DNA of 64,000 nucleotides, taken from Rubripirellula sp. Lineage in GTDB: Bacteria; Planctomycetota; Planctomycetia; Pirellulales; Pirellulaceae. Under the pieces are notes generated by a model. It made no database searches. It was not told the DNA's origin and saw only the letters and a list, made by a program, of their open reading frames with translations. The position numbers and the translations under genes were made by a program. Of this stretch, positions 50,759 to 61,577 are shown piece after piece; the stretch's first letter is position 1, and every line of letters starts with the position of its first letter. The stretch spans positions 1,152,001-1,216,000 of the forward strand of contig OZ244207.1 in assembly GCA_965216875.1 (NCBI GenBank), given 5' to 3'.

Positions 50759-50849
50759 CACCCTTCTTCATGACCGAACACGGATTCTGCGTCGCGGACC
50801 ATCTCGGCCAGCGGCTGAGGCGATCCGCGGGTGGGTTCAATCACGCATC

Positions 50850-53800
50850 CTACAACGGCTTGTTGAAACGAGACCTAAAGTCGGCAAAGTCAAACAACGT
50901 TGCGTTGGTGTCGTCGTCCATGTCGAACACTTCAAGGAGGGTTTGATTGGTGAAATAGTCGCGGAACTTGGCAAAGTCGAACAAGTTGACGGTTTCACCA
51001 CCATCGGCATCACCGAAGAGCCGGAAAAAGTTGTCGACTTTATCGACGCCGGACTCGGTTCCGTTGGCATCAATCCCGAGTTTTGCTCCATCGATGGTCA
51101 ATCGGTAGCGACCATCTTCAATGGTAGGAAGGATCCCTGGTTGGTTTTCCGACTTGTCTTCGATCAGCGTTGTTCCGGTGAACCCAAGGATCACGATTTG
51201 TTTGCCATTGACCACCTGCGAGCTCAAGACACTCAGCCCCACTTGCGTACCCGGCGAAACGGTCGTCGATTCGACAATGAAACTATCGTCAGTGATGGGG
51301 CCAACCGGCACACTTACCGGGCCTGTGAAGGTCACTTCGATTTGCCGAATGATCGATCGTTGCCCTGTGGAATCAGGTGATAAGTCTGCTTCCGCGTTGG
51401 CGTTCTTGTTGAAGTAGATGATGCTCTCTACCTCGGGCGTCGATGGAGTGTCATCGTTTTCGATCAAGCCATCAGCAGTGCTGATGTCCAGCAAGAGTGG
51501 ACTTGTCGGGTTGCTCAACGTCACGGTAAAGCCTTCATCTGGCTCGACGGTGGCGTCGCCTACGACATCAATCGTCAGTACCGTACTCGTCTGTCCCGCT
51601 GGGATCGTGACCTGTCCCGAGGGAAGGATCCCATCGTCAAAGTCGTCGGCGTCCGCGGGATCGCTGCCGCTTCCGGTGACGGCGAAATCAGCTGTCACTG
51701 GATCGGTTGTGGGACCTGTGCGCGAAACGGTAAAGGTAAAGGCGATGGTTGCCGAATCACCTTCGTCTTTGGACGCATCGAGCGGAGATATCGAAATCAA
51801 ATTCGCTTCGAACGCTCCAATGTCAACGCGAACGCCGTTCAATCGGGCAAACCCGCTGCCTCGCTGATCCGAGGTTGGGATCGCAGCCGTATCGCCTGCA
51901 TCCAAGGCTGGGCTTGTCGCCTCGAGCGCGTGCGTGTCGGTCAACCCACCATTGTTGGCAAGCGGTAGCAGCCCAGGGGCGGTGACACCGTTTTGGTCCG
52001 TCGTGAGATTGAAAACGCTTGCGGCATTACCCGTTCCGATGAGGTTGAATCCATTCGAAGTGAACGTGTTTGTGCCAGAACCCGCAAGCAGGTTGTCGAC
52101 ATCGCTATTGGCGTTGCCGGAGATGATGCTTGAGAGAACCTGCAGGTCGGAGACGTAGGTTCCATTGTTGTTGCCCGCGACCCCACTCCCAAATCCGTCC
52201 GGGGCGACGTTGCCGGTGATCGTGCTGTGACGGATGTGCGTCGTACCCTGGAAGATTGAAATACCACCACCGTTGCCGATCGATGTCGTGTTACCTGAAA
52301 TGGTTGAGTTGGAGATGGTCATCGAATTCGTCGTTGACCCGAACAAGACGCCACCGCCACGGACACCGGCGGAGTTGCCGGAAATGGTCGTGCCCGAGAT
52401 CGTTGTTTCGCCGCCTGAGGAAACGACACCACCGCCGAGCCCACCAACGGCAGAGTTACGCGATATCGTGCTGTCTTCGATCTGAAGCGAACCTTCAATC
52501 ACAAACAGTCCGCCGCCGATGCCTTGCCCCGAGGACGGATCGGTGGCGTTTTGATCAATCAGGCTTCGGCGAATTTCGACGTTAGCGTTTTCGGCGTAGA
52601 TGCCACCTGAAAATGCGTTGAATCCGGTAGCGCTGTTGTTGGCGATTACCGAATCTTCGATGACCAGTGCTTCGGATCCTGATCCGAATAAGAAGACGCC
52701 ACCACCATTGGCTGAGCCGCCCGATACGTGATTGTTAATGAGGTTCACGTCACGGAGGGTCAAGTCGCCTGTCGAATTGATCGCACCACCCGATCCAGGA
52801 TGCACCGTTCTGGATGAGTGGCCGCCAGTGAGGGTGAGTCCTTCGAGCTCGACAAAGAGCGAGCCACTCAAGTCGTGTAACTCGAACACTCGGAAGCTAC
52901 CGTTGGCGTCGATGGTCATGTTCGATGCACCGGGGCCAGAAATGATCAAGTCGTCGGTCACCGAGAGCTGCTCGATTTGCAAGGTGATCGCGCCACCAGA
53001 AAGTGCTGGGGCGAAGACAATTTGGTCGGTGCCAGGACGCGTATTGGCCAGGTCGATCGCCTCACGAAGCGACAGGTCGTTTGCCGAGTAGTCACCGTCA
53101 ATCTCGTCGGTCAAGGTATCGACGATGAATGGGTCGGCGGTCACGATTGCGACGCGATGGTCTTCGACTTCGCCATTGGGTGCGAATCCAATGACGCCTA
53201 GCCCGCCGCCTGTGCTGACTCGGAATCTGGCAAAGGAGTAACCGTTTTCAACATTGGCTCCGGTGTCTTGGGGAACCGAAAAAGTGAGTGTTTGAACGCC
53301 GTCGGTTGTCCCAAGATCGAAGTTCGCAAAGATCTGTTCACCTGGGTCCGACCAATCTCCATCGCGATTAAAGTCAATCCAAGCATCAAGCCGGTTGGCA
53401 GTCGCGTTTGCATTGCTCAGCTGGACTTCCACCGAGGCCGTGCTCGCGCCCGTTGGCGAAGCGATGATCGGCGAAAGGAAAGTGACGCCGTCTTCGTCAT
53501 CAGAGCCGTTGTCGTCGTCAAAGGACGCGTCGACAGAATTGACTCCGTCTAACTCTGCTTCACGGGACAGACCGAGGACGGGGCCCGTGTTTGTGTGGCG
53601 CGCTCCATTGTCGCTGAGCGTTACCGGATAGGTTGCGGCGAAACCACTTTGACTACTGCTTGCGGCATCGCCGAAATCAAGCGTTGCCGCGCCGTCATTG
53701 TCGGTGATCAACACATCTTCGGTCGCGTAAAGCGGTTTCACGCCTGTATTGATTTTCGTCACGCGAAGGTCGCCGCCGCCGCCGGCCAGGACAAGCAGGT

Positions 53801-56800
53801 CGCCATCGTCGGTGACAACCGATCCGACTGGGCCTTGGCCGTTTGAATTGCCAGCAGAGAAGGTGAGGATGCCGTCGCCGTCGAAACTCGTGTCGAGCGA
53901 CCCATCCGAATTCAATCTCGTGACGGCGATTTCGTTGCCAAGCGTAAAGTCGAGGTTGTATCCAACCGCAAGTAGCTTTCCGTCGGCTTGGAATTGGACG
54001 GAGGTGACGAGTTGGTCGACCGCCGGTGCGAGGTCGACGTTGACGATGCCATCGCTGTCAAACGTCGTGTCGACGAGTCCGTCGGGCGTCAACATCGCGA
54101 CGGCAAAATCGTTGGCGGTCGTGCCTTGAAGAAACGTCGAACCAGCCAGGGCGATTCGACCATCAACATCAACGGCGATTGAATGGACAGCGCCATGATC
54201 GCCATCAAAGACGACTCGGGTCGAGCCCGACGACCCGAAGGAAGTATCGAGCGTACCATCGGCATTGGCGCGGATGATCGTGCTCCGGTCACCTGCGTTA
54301 CCGACCAGCAAGAGTTGATTGTTTGCAAGCACTTTGATGGCTGAGGGTGTCGCATCAAACTCGTCAAAGCGTTTCAGCCCATTGCTGCCGAACGTATTGT
54401 CGAACAGACCGTCAGCTCGCAGTCGCAAGGCATACATCTCTGGACGTCCAAAGACCTGCGCGGCTACCAATACTTTGCCATCGGCTGCGACATCGATCTG
54501 TTCGATTGTATTGACTGGGCTTGATGAGAAATCGACCAAGCCACCGACGCCGAAACTTGTGTCAAGTGAACCATCGTCATTGAGTCGGGCAAGAAACGGG
54601 GCGGAACTACCAGAGAAGGTATCGCCAGCGACCAAAATTTTGCCGTCGTCCTGAAGAGCAATGCTCTTGGGCGACACACCGTTTGCGATCGTAATAAAGG
54701 TCAGACCACCGGTTCCGAACGAAGCATCGGGTGTGCCGTCGGCGTTCAGACGCTCCAACAGGAACTGACTGGAGTTGAAGCCCGAGGAGGCAGCCAGGAT
54801 CTTTCCATCGGGTTGGACGAGCAGGTTCTTCGCGCCAATCGACGCCGTGTTCAACTGTGTTGCTGCTTGCCCTGAAGTGCCAAAGGTCGTGTCGATACCG
54901 GTCGAGCCATTGGTCGTTCCGCCAGCGACCGTCGCCTTGATCGTGACCAGCTGATCGCCATCGGCCGCCGTATCGTCGATGGCATCCAAATCGACAGTGA
55001 CTGAGGACTGCCCAGCGGGAATGGTGACCATTGCCGGGACGGTTGCTTCGGTTGAATCGCTGCTGGTAAGGATTAGATCGAGTGCGTTGGATGTGTCCGT
55101 TCCGCGTGTGATCGTGACGGTGGTTGCGGCAGGTCCATCGGCTTCCGAAAGCGTATTTTCATCGAGGGTTACGGCAAGATCGGGTGCTGGGGGCGATAAT
55201 TCACGAATCGCAAGGCCTCCGACGCCGTAGAACGAGTTGCTCGTTACATCAATGACGATTTGGCCGCTCGCAGTGGGGGTTATCGTTTCGGCAAACGATT
55301 CCAACGTCTGCGCGCTACTGCCGATCGCTCCGTTGACCAGCAGCGTGTTTGGCGGATAGTTCTGAGCGAACGTAACGGGTGCCCCCGCTCCGGTGATGGT
55401 GACATTTTGGTTGTTGGTGAAGTTATCAAGTCCGAAAACGTAAACTTCGTAGTCGCGTGTTGGATCCAGGTCACTCCAGGTCATGGTTGCGGTGTTGTTG
55501 CTTCCAAAAAAGTTGCCGTCAACGCCGCTGAGCGATTGGGTGTGGATGGGCAATTGGGAAGCTGGCGGAGACCCAGTCGAGACGCCACCAAAGCCAGCGA
55601 CCGATAGATCAAAGGCGGTGCTGTTGCCTTGTTCGTCGATCAAGTTCGTCAGCGTTGTGTTGAAATCGGTATTGAGCGTCCAGTTGGTGGGTGAAGGCCC
55701 GCTATTGGCAAAGTCAACGCCGACCAGAACAGACGATCCTGGTGGCGGTGGCGGGGCCAGTTCGCGGATCGCGAGTCCACCCACTCCTAGGAAGGATCCA
55801 CTTGTCACATCGATGCTGATTTGGCCCGTTGCGGATGGCGTGATGATTTCGGCGTACGATCCGAGTGTTTGTGTGTCGCTGCCGAAAACTCCGTTGACCA
55901 GCAGCGTGTTCGAGGGGTAATTCTGATCGAACGTGACTGGAGTTCCTGATCCGGTGATGGTGACACTTTGATTGTTATTGAATGAGTCGAGGCCAAAGAC
56001 ATAGACCTCGTAATTGCGACTCGGATCTAAGTCGCTCCACGTCATGGTCGCAGTAGTGTTACTGGCGAAGAAGTTTCCGGCGATGTCAACAAGCGATTGG
56101 GAATGCGCTGGCAGCTGAGTGCTGAGCGGCGTCCCGCTTGCGGCTCCACTAAACCCACTGACCGAGAGATCGAAGGGCGTGCTGTTGCCCTCTTCGTTGA
56201 TCAGGTCGGTCAGGGTTGTGTTGAAAACCGTATTCAATGTCCAGTTGATGGGTGACGGTCCGCTGCTGCCGAAGTCGACCCCGACGAGCGAAGTTGATCC
56301 AGCTTCGTCGTCAAGGATATCGATCGTGTCTGAGCCATCGCTAAAGCCGGTCGCACTCGCAGTGATTTGGACCGCCTGAGTTCCGTCGCTGATGGCGTCA
56401 TCGACCGCTGAGATGGTGAAGGTGGCCGAATCGAATCCGTCGGCAATGGTGACGGAGTTCGGGACGGTCGCTTCGCTGGTGTCGTCACTCGACAGATTCA
56501 CCGTCAAGTTTCCAGTCATTCCAGTGCTTCGCGTAACGGTTGCTGTTGATGTGCCGCCGTTCTCACTGATCGAATCGGAATCGATCGTTACCGTCAGAAT
56601 GTCACCAGCGTTGCCGGTCGCTTGGATGGCGAGGCCAGCAAGCCCATAGCCGTCGACGCCCGCAGAAGCTTCGATTTCGATCTCGATCTCTCCGGCTGCA
56701 TCGGCAATGATGAGTTCAGCGTAATTCGAGAGGTCTTGCGCGCTGGAGCCGACCGATCCGTTGATGTAAAGATCGTTGTTGTCGACCGCCTGTGTGAATG

Positions 56801-57371
56801 AGACCGAATTCAGGCCGGTGATCGTAACGTCGTTACTGTGTTCGTCGACAAAGTCGTCGGCGATACCAAAGACGTAAACTCGATACTCGGCGAACGCGTC
56901 CAGGTCACTAAAAGTTGCTGTGTACGAGGTTCCTGTATTGCCGTCTCCAACAGTTCCAATTCCCAAGAGAGACTGTGTGTGTTGCGGGACGCTTGATGCT
57001 GTAGGCGACAAGCCTCGAGTCCCCGTCGAACTGCCAGTGAAATTGGTCGTCAGATCAACGGTCGTTGCAATGCCGTCTTCGCCAATCAAGTTCGACGGGC
57101 CTGCGGAAAACAGCGAACTGAGCGTCGTCCAATTGGTTGGCGAGGAAGCCCCACCTTCGATATCGATGCCGATCAGCGGACCGAGGCTAGACACCGAAGG
57201 GCCAGATTGCGCGACAGCCAGTTCGGCCGGGGCAACGGCTTGGTCCCAGATTTCATTTGGCGGTGTGTCGATGATGGACACCGCCAACAAGCGTCTATCC
57301 TCGAGTCTTTCAAGTTGATGTCGGGCCGCGCGTAACCTGCTTCGTCGACGATTGCGTCGTTTCTGTGACAT
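50850..57371 (-). CDS. Giant planctomycete surface protein (2173 aa): triplicated N-terminal domain, Calx-beta-like, delta-60 propeller, GEVED, CSLREA/choice-of-anchor-Q-like and C-terminal dockerin-like parts
   Basis: LERLEDRRLLA; repeated QPDGKIL / RLNxDGSLDTSFG; DFGDA...DEDGV...AWIDFNRDGDW...GEVED; LSLREAI; LANNGGLTDTHAL...DQRG...DIGAFE; RLFGDADG..VNLFDFAKFR. Confidence 0.9.
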   Translation of the reverse strand: MSQKRRNRRRSRLRAARHQLERLEDRRLLAVSIIDTPPNEIWDQAVAPAELAVAQSGPSVSSLGPLIGIDIEGGASSPTNWTTLSSLFSAGPSNLIGEDGIATTVDLTTNFTGSSTGTRGLSPTASSVPQHTQSLLGIGTVGDGNTGTSYTATFSDLDAFAEYRVYVFGIADDFVDEHSNDVTITGLNSVSFTQAVDNNDLYINGSVGSSAQDLSNYAELIIADAAGEIEIEIEASAGVDGYGLAGLAIQATGNAGDILTVTIDSDSISENGGTSTATVTRSTGMTGNLTVNLSSDDTSEATVPNSVTIADGFDSATFTISAVDDAISDGTQAVQITASATGFSDGSDTIDILDDEAGSTSLVGVDFGSSGPSPINWTLNTVFNTTLTDLINEEGNSTPFDLSVSGFSGAASGTPLSTQLPAHSQSLVDIAGNFFASNTTATMTWSDLDPSRNYEVYVFGLDSFNNNQSVTITGSGTPVTFDQNYPSNTLLVNGVFGSDTQTLGSYAEIITPSATGQISIDVTSGSFLGVGGLAIRELAPPPPPGSSVLVGVDFANSGPSPTNWTLNTDFNTTLTNLIDEQGNSTAFDLSVAGFGGVSTGSPPASQLPIHTQSLSGVDGNFFGSNNTATMTWSDLDPTRDYEVYVFGLDNFTNNQNVTITGAGAPVTFAQNYPPNTLLVNGAIGSSAQTLESFAETITPTASGQIVIDVTSNSFYGVGGLAIRELSPPAPDLAVTLDENTLSEADGPAATTVTITRGTDTSNALDLILTSSDSTEATVPAMVTIPAGQSSVTVDLDAIDDTAADGDQLVTIKATVAGGTTNGSTGIDTTFGTSGQAATQLNTASIGAKNLLVQPDGKILAASSGFNSSQFLLERLNADGTPDASFGTGGLTFITIANGVSPKSIALQDDGKILVAGDTFSGSSAPFLARLNDDGSLDTSFGVGGLVDFSSSPVNTIEQIDVAADGKVLVAAQVFGRPEMYALRLRADGLFDNTFGSNGLKRFDEFDATPSAIKVLANNQLLLVGNAGDRSTIIRANADGTLDTSFGSSGSTRVVFDGDHGAVHSIAVDVDGRIALAGSTFLQGTTANDFAVAMLTPDGLVDTTFDSDGIVNVDLAPAVDQLVTSVQFQADGKLLAVGYNLDFTLGNEIAVTRLNSDGSLDTSFDGDGILTFSAGNSNGQGPVGSVVTDDGDLLVLAGGGGDLRVTKINTGVKPLYATEDVLITDNDGAATLDFGDAASSSQSGFAATYPVTLSDNGARHTNTGPVLGLSREAELDGVNSVDASFDDDNGSDDEDGVTFLSPIIASPTGASTASVEVQLSNANATANRLDAWIDFNRDGDWSDPGEQIFANFDLGTTDGVQTLTFSVPQDTGANVENGYSFARFRVSTGGGLGVIGFAPNGEVEDHRVAIVTADPFIVDTLTDEIDGDYSANDLSLREAIDLANTRPGTDQIVFAPALSGGAITLQIEQLSVTDDLIISGPGASNMTIDANGSFRVFELHDLSGSLFVELEGLTLTGGHSSRTVHPGSGGAINSTGDLTLRDVNLINNHVSGGSANGGGVFLFGSGSEALVIEDSVIANNSATGFNAFSGGIYAENANVEIRRSLIDQNATDPSSGQGIGGGLFVIEGSLQIEDSTISRNSAVGGLGGGVVSSGGETTISGTTISGNSAGVRGGGVLFGSTTNSMTISNSTISGNTTSIGNGGGISIFQGTTHIRHSTITGNVAPDGFGSGVAGNNNGTYVSDLQVLSSIISGNANSDVDNLLAGSGTNTFTSNGFNLIGTGNAASVFNLTTDQNGVTAPGLLPLANNGGLTDTHALEATSPALDAGDTAAIPTSDQRGSGFARLNGVRVDIGAFEANLISISPLDASKDEGDSATIAFTFTVSRTGPTTDPVTADFAVTGSGSDPADADDFDDGILPSGQVTIPAGQTSTVLTIDVVGDATVEPDEGFTVTLSNPTSPLLLDISTADGLIENDDTPSTPEVESIIYFNKNANAEADLSPDSTGQRSIIRQIEVTFTGPVSVPVGPITDDSFIVESTTVSPGTQVGLSVLSSQVVNGKQIVILGFTGTTLIEDKSENQPGILPTIEDGRYRLTIDGAKLGIDANGTESGVDKVDNFFRLFGDADGGETVNLFDFAKFRDYFTNQTLLEVFDMDDDTNATLFDFADFRSRFNKPL

Positions 57372-57676
57372 GCGTGAATACCTTCAGATGATGGATCAAA
57401 TAATGGCATGGGCACAATCCGCAGAACAAAGAATCAAGGAATGGGCGGATCGTTTCAGCGGGGTTTTGGAACACGAACTGAGAGACGGATGGGTTCGATA
57501 AAAGAGATCCCCCGTCCGCTCCAAATGCCCCAATTTGAGAGACGTAGTTTACCCCCCGCCGCTGTCGCATGCGACTCATTCGCACATGCGTATACATATG
57601 GGCAGTGCCTATGGGGTGACCGGCCGCCGAGCTAGTGCTACAGGTTGCAATTGCGATTCCACCAAGCTTCGAAAAC

Positions 57677-57780
57677 ACTCTCCCTTGGGAGAGTCGGGCT
57701 CTAAGGCCCGGAGAGGGTCTTTTGCAACGGTTATTCCCTCCCCGGACTTTGCGTCCGACCCTCCCACAAGCGGGAGGGTG
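57677..57780. repeat. CCCTC(T)CCC/GGGAG(A)GGG-family inverted repeat pair
   Basis: CTCTCCCTTGGGAGAGTCGGGC...CCGGAGAGGG paired with CCCTCCCCGG...CCGACCCTCCC...GGGAGGGTG. Confidence 0.65.
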
Positions 57781-57891
57781 ATTGTTGGAACGCACGTTAG
57801 CCTGGGCAAGCACTGCACCTCATGGCACCGTAACTCCAATCCGCGGCACTAGCCGGATGCAAAGAGAATTTCGCGCGATGCGCGCAAGCGG

Positions 57892-58659
57892 CTAGAGCGA
57901 CAACACTTCGGTCGCTTCGTGGCGATCAGCGGCGATGATTGGAAAGCTCTTTCCTAGCACTCGTCGGTGCGCATCGATTGCGTGCTCGGGCGTGTTGCTC
58001 TCTTCCGACAAGTGCGAAAGGCAAACCCATTGCATGTCGTTGGACGCCGTTCGATAGAGCAGTTCGGCGGCGTCGTGATTGGAAATGTGCCCCTGCGGAC
58101 TTGCGATGCGTCGTTTGACCGATTCGGGATAGAACGAGCCGGCGAGCATTTCGACATCGTGATTACTTTCAAGCAACACGCCGTCGAGTGTCGGAATGAC
58201 CTCGTCAAGTTCGTCGAACACATGACCAAGGTCAGTCAATATGCCAAGCCGATGCTTACCATCGTCAACGACAAACGCCACGCCGTCGGCAGCATCGTGG
58301 GGGGTTGCGATCGTCTCGACCAATACGTCGCCAAAGACGAGTGTGTTGCCCGCGTTGAAGTAGTGGACGTCGCTGAGTTGGCCGATCTTGATTTTCCGTC
58401 GCGCCATTGCCAACGTGTCGGGAGTGACGTGAATCGGCATCCCAAACTTGCGCTGATAGACTCCCATCGCACTGGCGTGGTCGCGATGATCGTGTGAAAT
58501 CACGAGGGCGTCGACGTCGCAGATGTCTCGACCGACTGCCGCCAAACGCTGCTGAGCGCGTCGGCCAGAGATGCCAGCGTCAAAAAGGAGACGCTTTCCC
58601 GCGGTTTCTACATAAATAGAATTTCCGCTGCTTCCAGATTGCAGGGCGATGACTTCCAT
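57892..58659 (-). CDS. MBL-fold metallo-hydrolase (YycJ/WalJ-like)
   Basis: SGSSGNS, DAGISG, SHDHRDH, TPHDA, TDLG, ESNHD, GHISN, HLSEESN. Confidence 0.92.
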   Translation of the reverse strand: MEVIALQSGSSGNSIYVETAGKRLLFDAGISGRRAQQRLAAVGRDICDVDALVISHDHRDHASAMGVYQRKFGMPIHVTPDTLAMARRKIKIGQLSDVHYFNAGNTLVFGDVLVETIATPHDAADGVAFVVDDGKHRLGILTDLGHVFDELDEVIPTLDGVLLESNHDVEMLAGSFYPESVKRRIASPQGHISNHDAAELLYRTASNDMQWVCLSHLSEESNTPEHAIDAHRRVLGKSFPIIAADRHEATEVLSL

Positions 58660-58705
58660 AATCGGAAATCGTAACGCACACCGCCACAAATCACCATCCC
58701 ATCCA

Positions 58706-58765
58706 GTAGGGTGTGTGCTTGCACGGACCAAACGATTGTGACCCCTTGTGTGCTTGCACGCCCCA
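58706..58765. repeat. GTAGGGTG(C/T)GTGCT(T/C)GCACGCAC-family REP, two copies
   Basis: Related copies at ~13217-13240, ~61275-61298 and ~61513-61530. Confidence 0.7.
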
Positions 58766-58803
58766 AACCTTTCGACTTTTCCCCACCACCACCAACATCC
58801 ACC

Positions 58804-60144
58804 ATGCGATCTCGACTTCTGCTCGCGTTTGTCTTCGCATTCATGCTTTCAATCCAGGCACGCAGTTTTGCAGAAGAAATTGTCTTTCGGCCGCGGGCAG
58901 CCGACGGCCCTTTGGACAATCCGCTCAAGGGATGGTGTCCCTACACCGACGCTGGCGAAATCCACCAGCCCTATTCGATGGTGTTTCAATATGTCGCCTG
59001 GAACCAGCTCGAGCCGAGCGAGGGTGACTACCGTTTTGATCAATGGGAAAAGAGCTGGGACACCGGCCGTGGGAAAGGAAAGCACATTCTGTTTCGCGTC
59101 TATGTTGACTATCCGAGTCTCGCGTCGGGGATGCCTGATTGGCTTCGCAAAGCAGGGGTGAAGGAGACGAAGTATTCGGCGCATGGCGGCGGTCAGTCGC
59201 CCGACTACGACGATCCAAAACTCATTGCTGCGATGGAGCGGTTCATTGCGGCGCTTGGGCGTCGTTACGATTCCCATCCACGTGTCGCATTCATTCAATT
59301 GGGTTTGCTCGGGCATTGGGGTGAGTGGCATACATGGCCTCAAGAGCAGATGTATGCGTCGACCAAGACCGAGCAACGCGTGATCGAGGCCTACCGAAAG
59401 GCATTTCCAACGAAGTCGTTGATGGTCCGGTACGCGCGCGACCATGCAGGCAAGCAAGATTGGATCGGATTCCATGATGACATGTTTCCCGAAGACACCG
59501 ACAACGGCAAGGATTGGAGTTTTCTGTCTGGTCTTCGTTCGTCCGGCCGCACGGAAAATTGGAAGGCGGCAATCGTCGGTGGCGAGATGGTGCCCAACCA
59601 AGGCAAGCGTTGGCTTGGGAAAGATTACGCGACGACGGTGACCATGCTGGGACGTGCACACTTCAGTTGGGTGGGACCCTACTGTCCGGCGCTTGAGAAG
59701 TCGAAAGATGAGACCTATTTGGGAAACTGCCAACAGCTCATACGCAAGATGGGATACGAGTTCGAATTGGACGAGCTACGACATCCGTCCGAGGTGTCGA
59801 CGGGCGAGCCACTTACCATTCGATTGCGCGGAAGCAACAACGGCGTCGCTCCGTTTTACTACAACTGGCCTGTTGAGTTGGCTCTACTTGACGATACAGA
59901 TTCCGTCGTGGCAAGGGCGCGCACGACGTGGGACATAAGGAAGTGGCAACCGGGAAGTTTCAGCGAAACAGCCGATGTCGCGTTCGATGTGGCTCCTGGC
60001 ACCTACCGTCTTGCCATTGGAATTCGTGATCCTTGGCAGGATCGACCCGCCATCGGTTTTGCGAACGACTTGCCGACTGCAAACCGATGGACTGTCTTTT
60101 CAAAGTTGAACATTCAAAACCGCGATTCTTCTCGCAGCCGATGA
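58804..60144 (+). CDS. Secreted DUF4832-domain protein (GH-A clan-like putative glycoside hydrolase)
   Basis: Signal peptide; NPLKGW, WNQLEPSEGDY, PDYDDP, GHWGEWH, GGE, KMGYEF, NNGVAPFYYNWPVEL. Confidence 0.8.
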   Translation: MRSRLLLAFVFAFMLSIQARSFAEEIVFRPRAADGPLDNPLKGWCPYTDAGEIHQPYSMVFQYVAWNQLEPSEGDYRFDQWEKSWDTGRGKGKHILFRVYVDYPSLASGMPDWLRKAGVKETKYSAHGGGQSPDYDDPKLIAAMERFIAALGRRYDSHPRVAFIQLGLLGHWGEWHTWPQEQMYASTKTEQRVIEAYRKAFPTKSLMVRYARDHAGKQDWIGFHDDMFPEDTDNGKDWSFLSGLRSSGRTENWKAAIVGGEMVPNQGKRWLGKDYATTVTMLGRAHFSWVGPYCPALEKSKDETYLGNCQQLIRKMGYEFELDELRHPSEVSTGEPLTIRLRGSNNGVAPFYYNWPVELALLDDTDSVVARARTTWDIRKWQPGSFSETADVAFDVAPGTYRLAIGIRDPWQDRPAIGFANDLPTANRWTVFSKLNIQNRDSSRSR

Positions 60145-60321
60145 TGAAACGGGTGCCGGCTGGCAGTTCGAAAGTTAACTCGCATTTCAATTTCAAACCT
60201 CGCGCCCGGCAATTCTATCGAAAGTAGTGAGGTTGGTCCGTCGAGTCGCTTTCTGGGTTCTCATTGACGAGTAGACTGCGGCGACGCACGCTTCGTTTCG
60301 ACGACCAAAGGAATCGATCTC

Positions 60322-61209
60322 TTGCTTTATCAACCGAGGCTTTTTGTTGTTGTCTTAGCAGTGGCATGTCCACTTTTCGCTCTCGCTCAAGAGAGTGAAA
60401 AGCCAAGCGGCCCGTTTTTTGTTGATGGCCAAGACCCTAAACCTGCGGGTATGGCTTGGACGCCCGTTGAATCACTGAGTGACGAATTCAATGGCGACAG
60501 CATTGATCTCGGCAAATGGCAGACGGATCCGATGCAAAACGGATGGGGTTGGATCGGGCGCCCGCCGGGACTGTTTCGTGCCGAGAACGTCGTGGTTGCA
60601 GACGGCAACATGAACGTCACGGTCAGCAAGCTGCCACGTCCCCGCCAAGTTCGACGCAGCCGATTCGTTTACCAAGGCGCGATCGTTCGTTCGCTCGAGC
60701 CGGGGCACGTTGGCTGGTACTACGAGACTCGGATGAAGGCCAACAAGACGGCGATGTCATCGACTTTTTGGTTGAACACGAAATCACGTCGGCCGATGGG
60801 GCAAGAGTTGGACATCCAGGAATGCGTCGGTTCAACGAACGAAAAGACTGAGTCGTGGGCCAAGACGTGGGACCAAGTCTTTCATTCGAACTTGATTCGT
60901 TGGCAGAGCTTCGAGCCGCGACGCACTCAGAACCAGGGGAGTGTTGCAACACCGACCAAGAATCACGAAAGGTTCTACGTCTATGCGGCGTGGTGGAAAT
61001 CACCCGACGAAGTTCAGTTCTTTCTCGATGGCCAATACAAGTATTCGATCAAACCGAGCGCCAAATGGAATCTGCCGGCGCACATTCATATGGCGATCGA
61101 GACCTACGACTGGAACCCCGTCCCGGATGACGGAGGCCTTGTCGCCCGCGGGACCTGGGAAGAACGCACCACGAAATACGATTGGGTGCGTGTCTGGAAG
61201 CTGAAGTAG
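60322..61209 (+). CDS. GH16 glycoside hydrolase (beta-porphyranase/agarase-like)
   Basis: Signal peptide; LSDEFNG, YYETRMKA..T.MSSTFWL, catalytic ELDIQE, FYVYAAWW, YDWVRVW. Confidence 0.88.
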   Translation: MLYQPRLFVVVLAVACPLFALAQESEKPSGPFFVDGQDPKPAGMAWTPVESLSDEFNGDSIDLGKWQTDPMQNGWGWIGRPPGLFRAENVVVADGNMNVTVSKLPRPRQVRRSRFVYQGAIVRSLEPGHVGWYYETRMKANKTAMSSTFWLNTKSRRPMGQELDIQECVGSTNEKTESWAKTWDQVFHSNLIRWQSFEPRRTQNQGSVATPTKNHERFYVYAAWWKSPDEVQFFLDGQYKYSIKPSAKWNLPAHIHMAIETYDWNPVPDDGGLVARGTWEERTTKYDWVRVWKLK

Positions 61210-61227
61210 CGGAGTGGACACACGGAC

Positions 61228-61446
61228 GTCGACGTTTGATTCGAGTTCATCTGCGGTCTCCCGTTTCAAACGATGTAGGGTGTGTGCTTGCACGCACAGG
61301 ATCTCCCGACTCTAACAATGGCGATGAGCAACCGCAGATGAACGCAAATGGACGCAGATCGAGTTTCATAACCTGCAATCATGATCATCCAACGACGTAC
61401 TCACGCAGGGACCAATGATCTGCGTTCATCAAAGTCCATCTGCGGT
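61228..61446. repeat. CCGCAGAT-type 3x9-mer inverted repeats with an embedded REP
   Basis: AACCGCAGATGAACGCAAATGGACGCAGAT...ATCTGCGTTCATCAAAGTCCATCTGCGGT; upstream half-copy GTTCATCTGCGGT. Confidence 0.7.
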
Positions 61447-61577
61447 GCCCCATAGTCGCCTTTCGCTCCGTCGAAAGTTGCGTCCCCACTCTCCCCGCAA
61501 TTTCCGTGGCGTCTGTGCTCGCACGCGCAAACTCTGCCCCCTGGGTAATGGCTGACAAATACCCACCGCATCGCCAC

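Noticed and set aside
50328..51380. 350-aa plus-strand ORF; similarly 2017-2586 and 26944-27558
   Set aside because: These run through repeat clusters or antisense to real genes and have no protein-like features.
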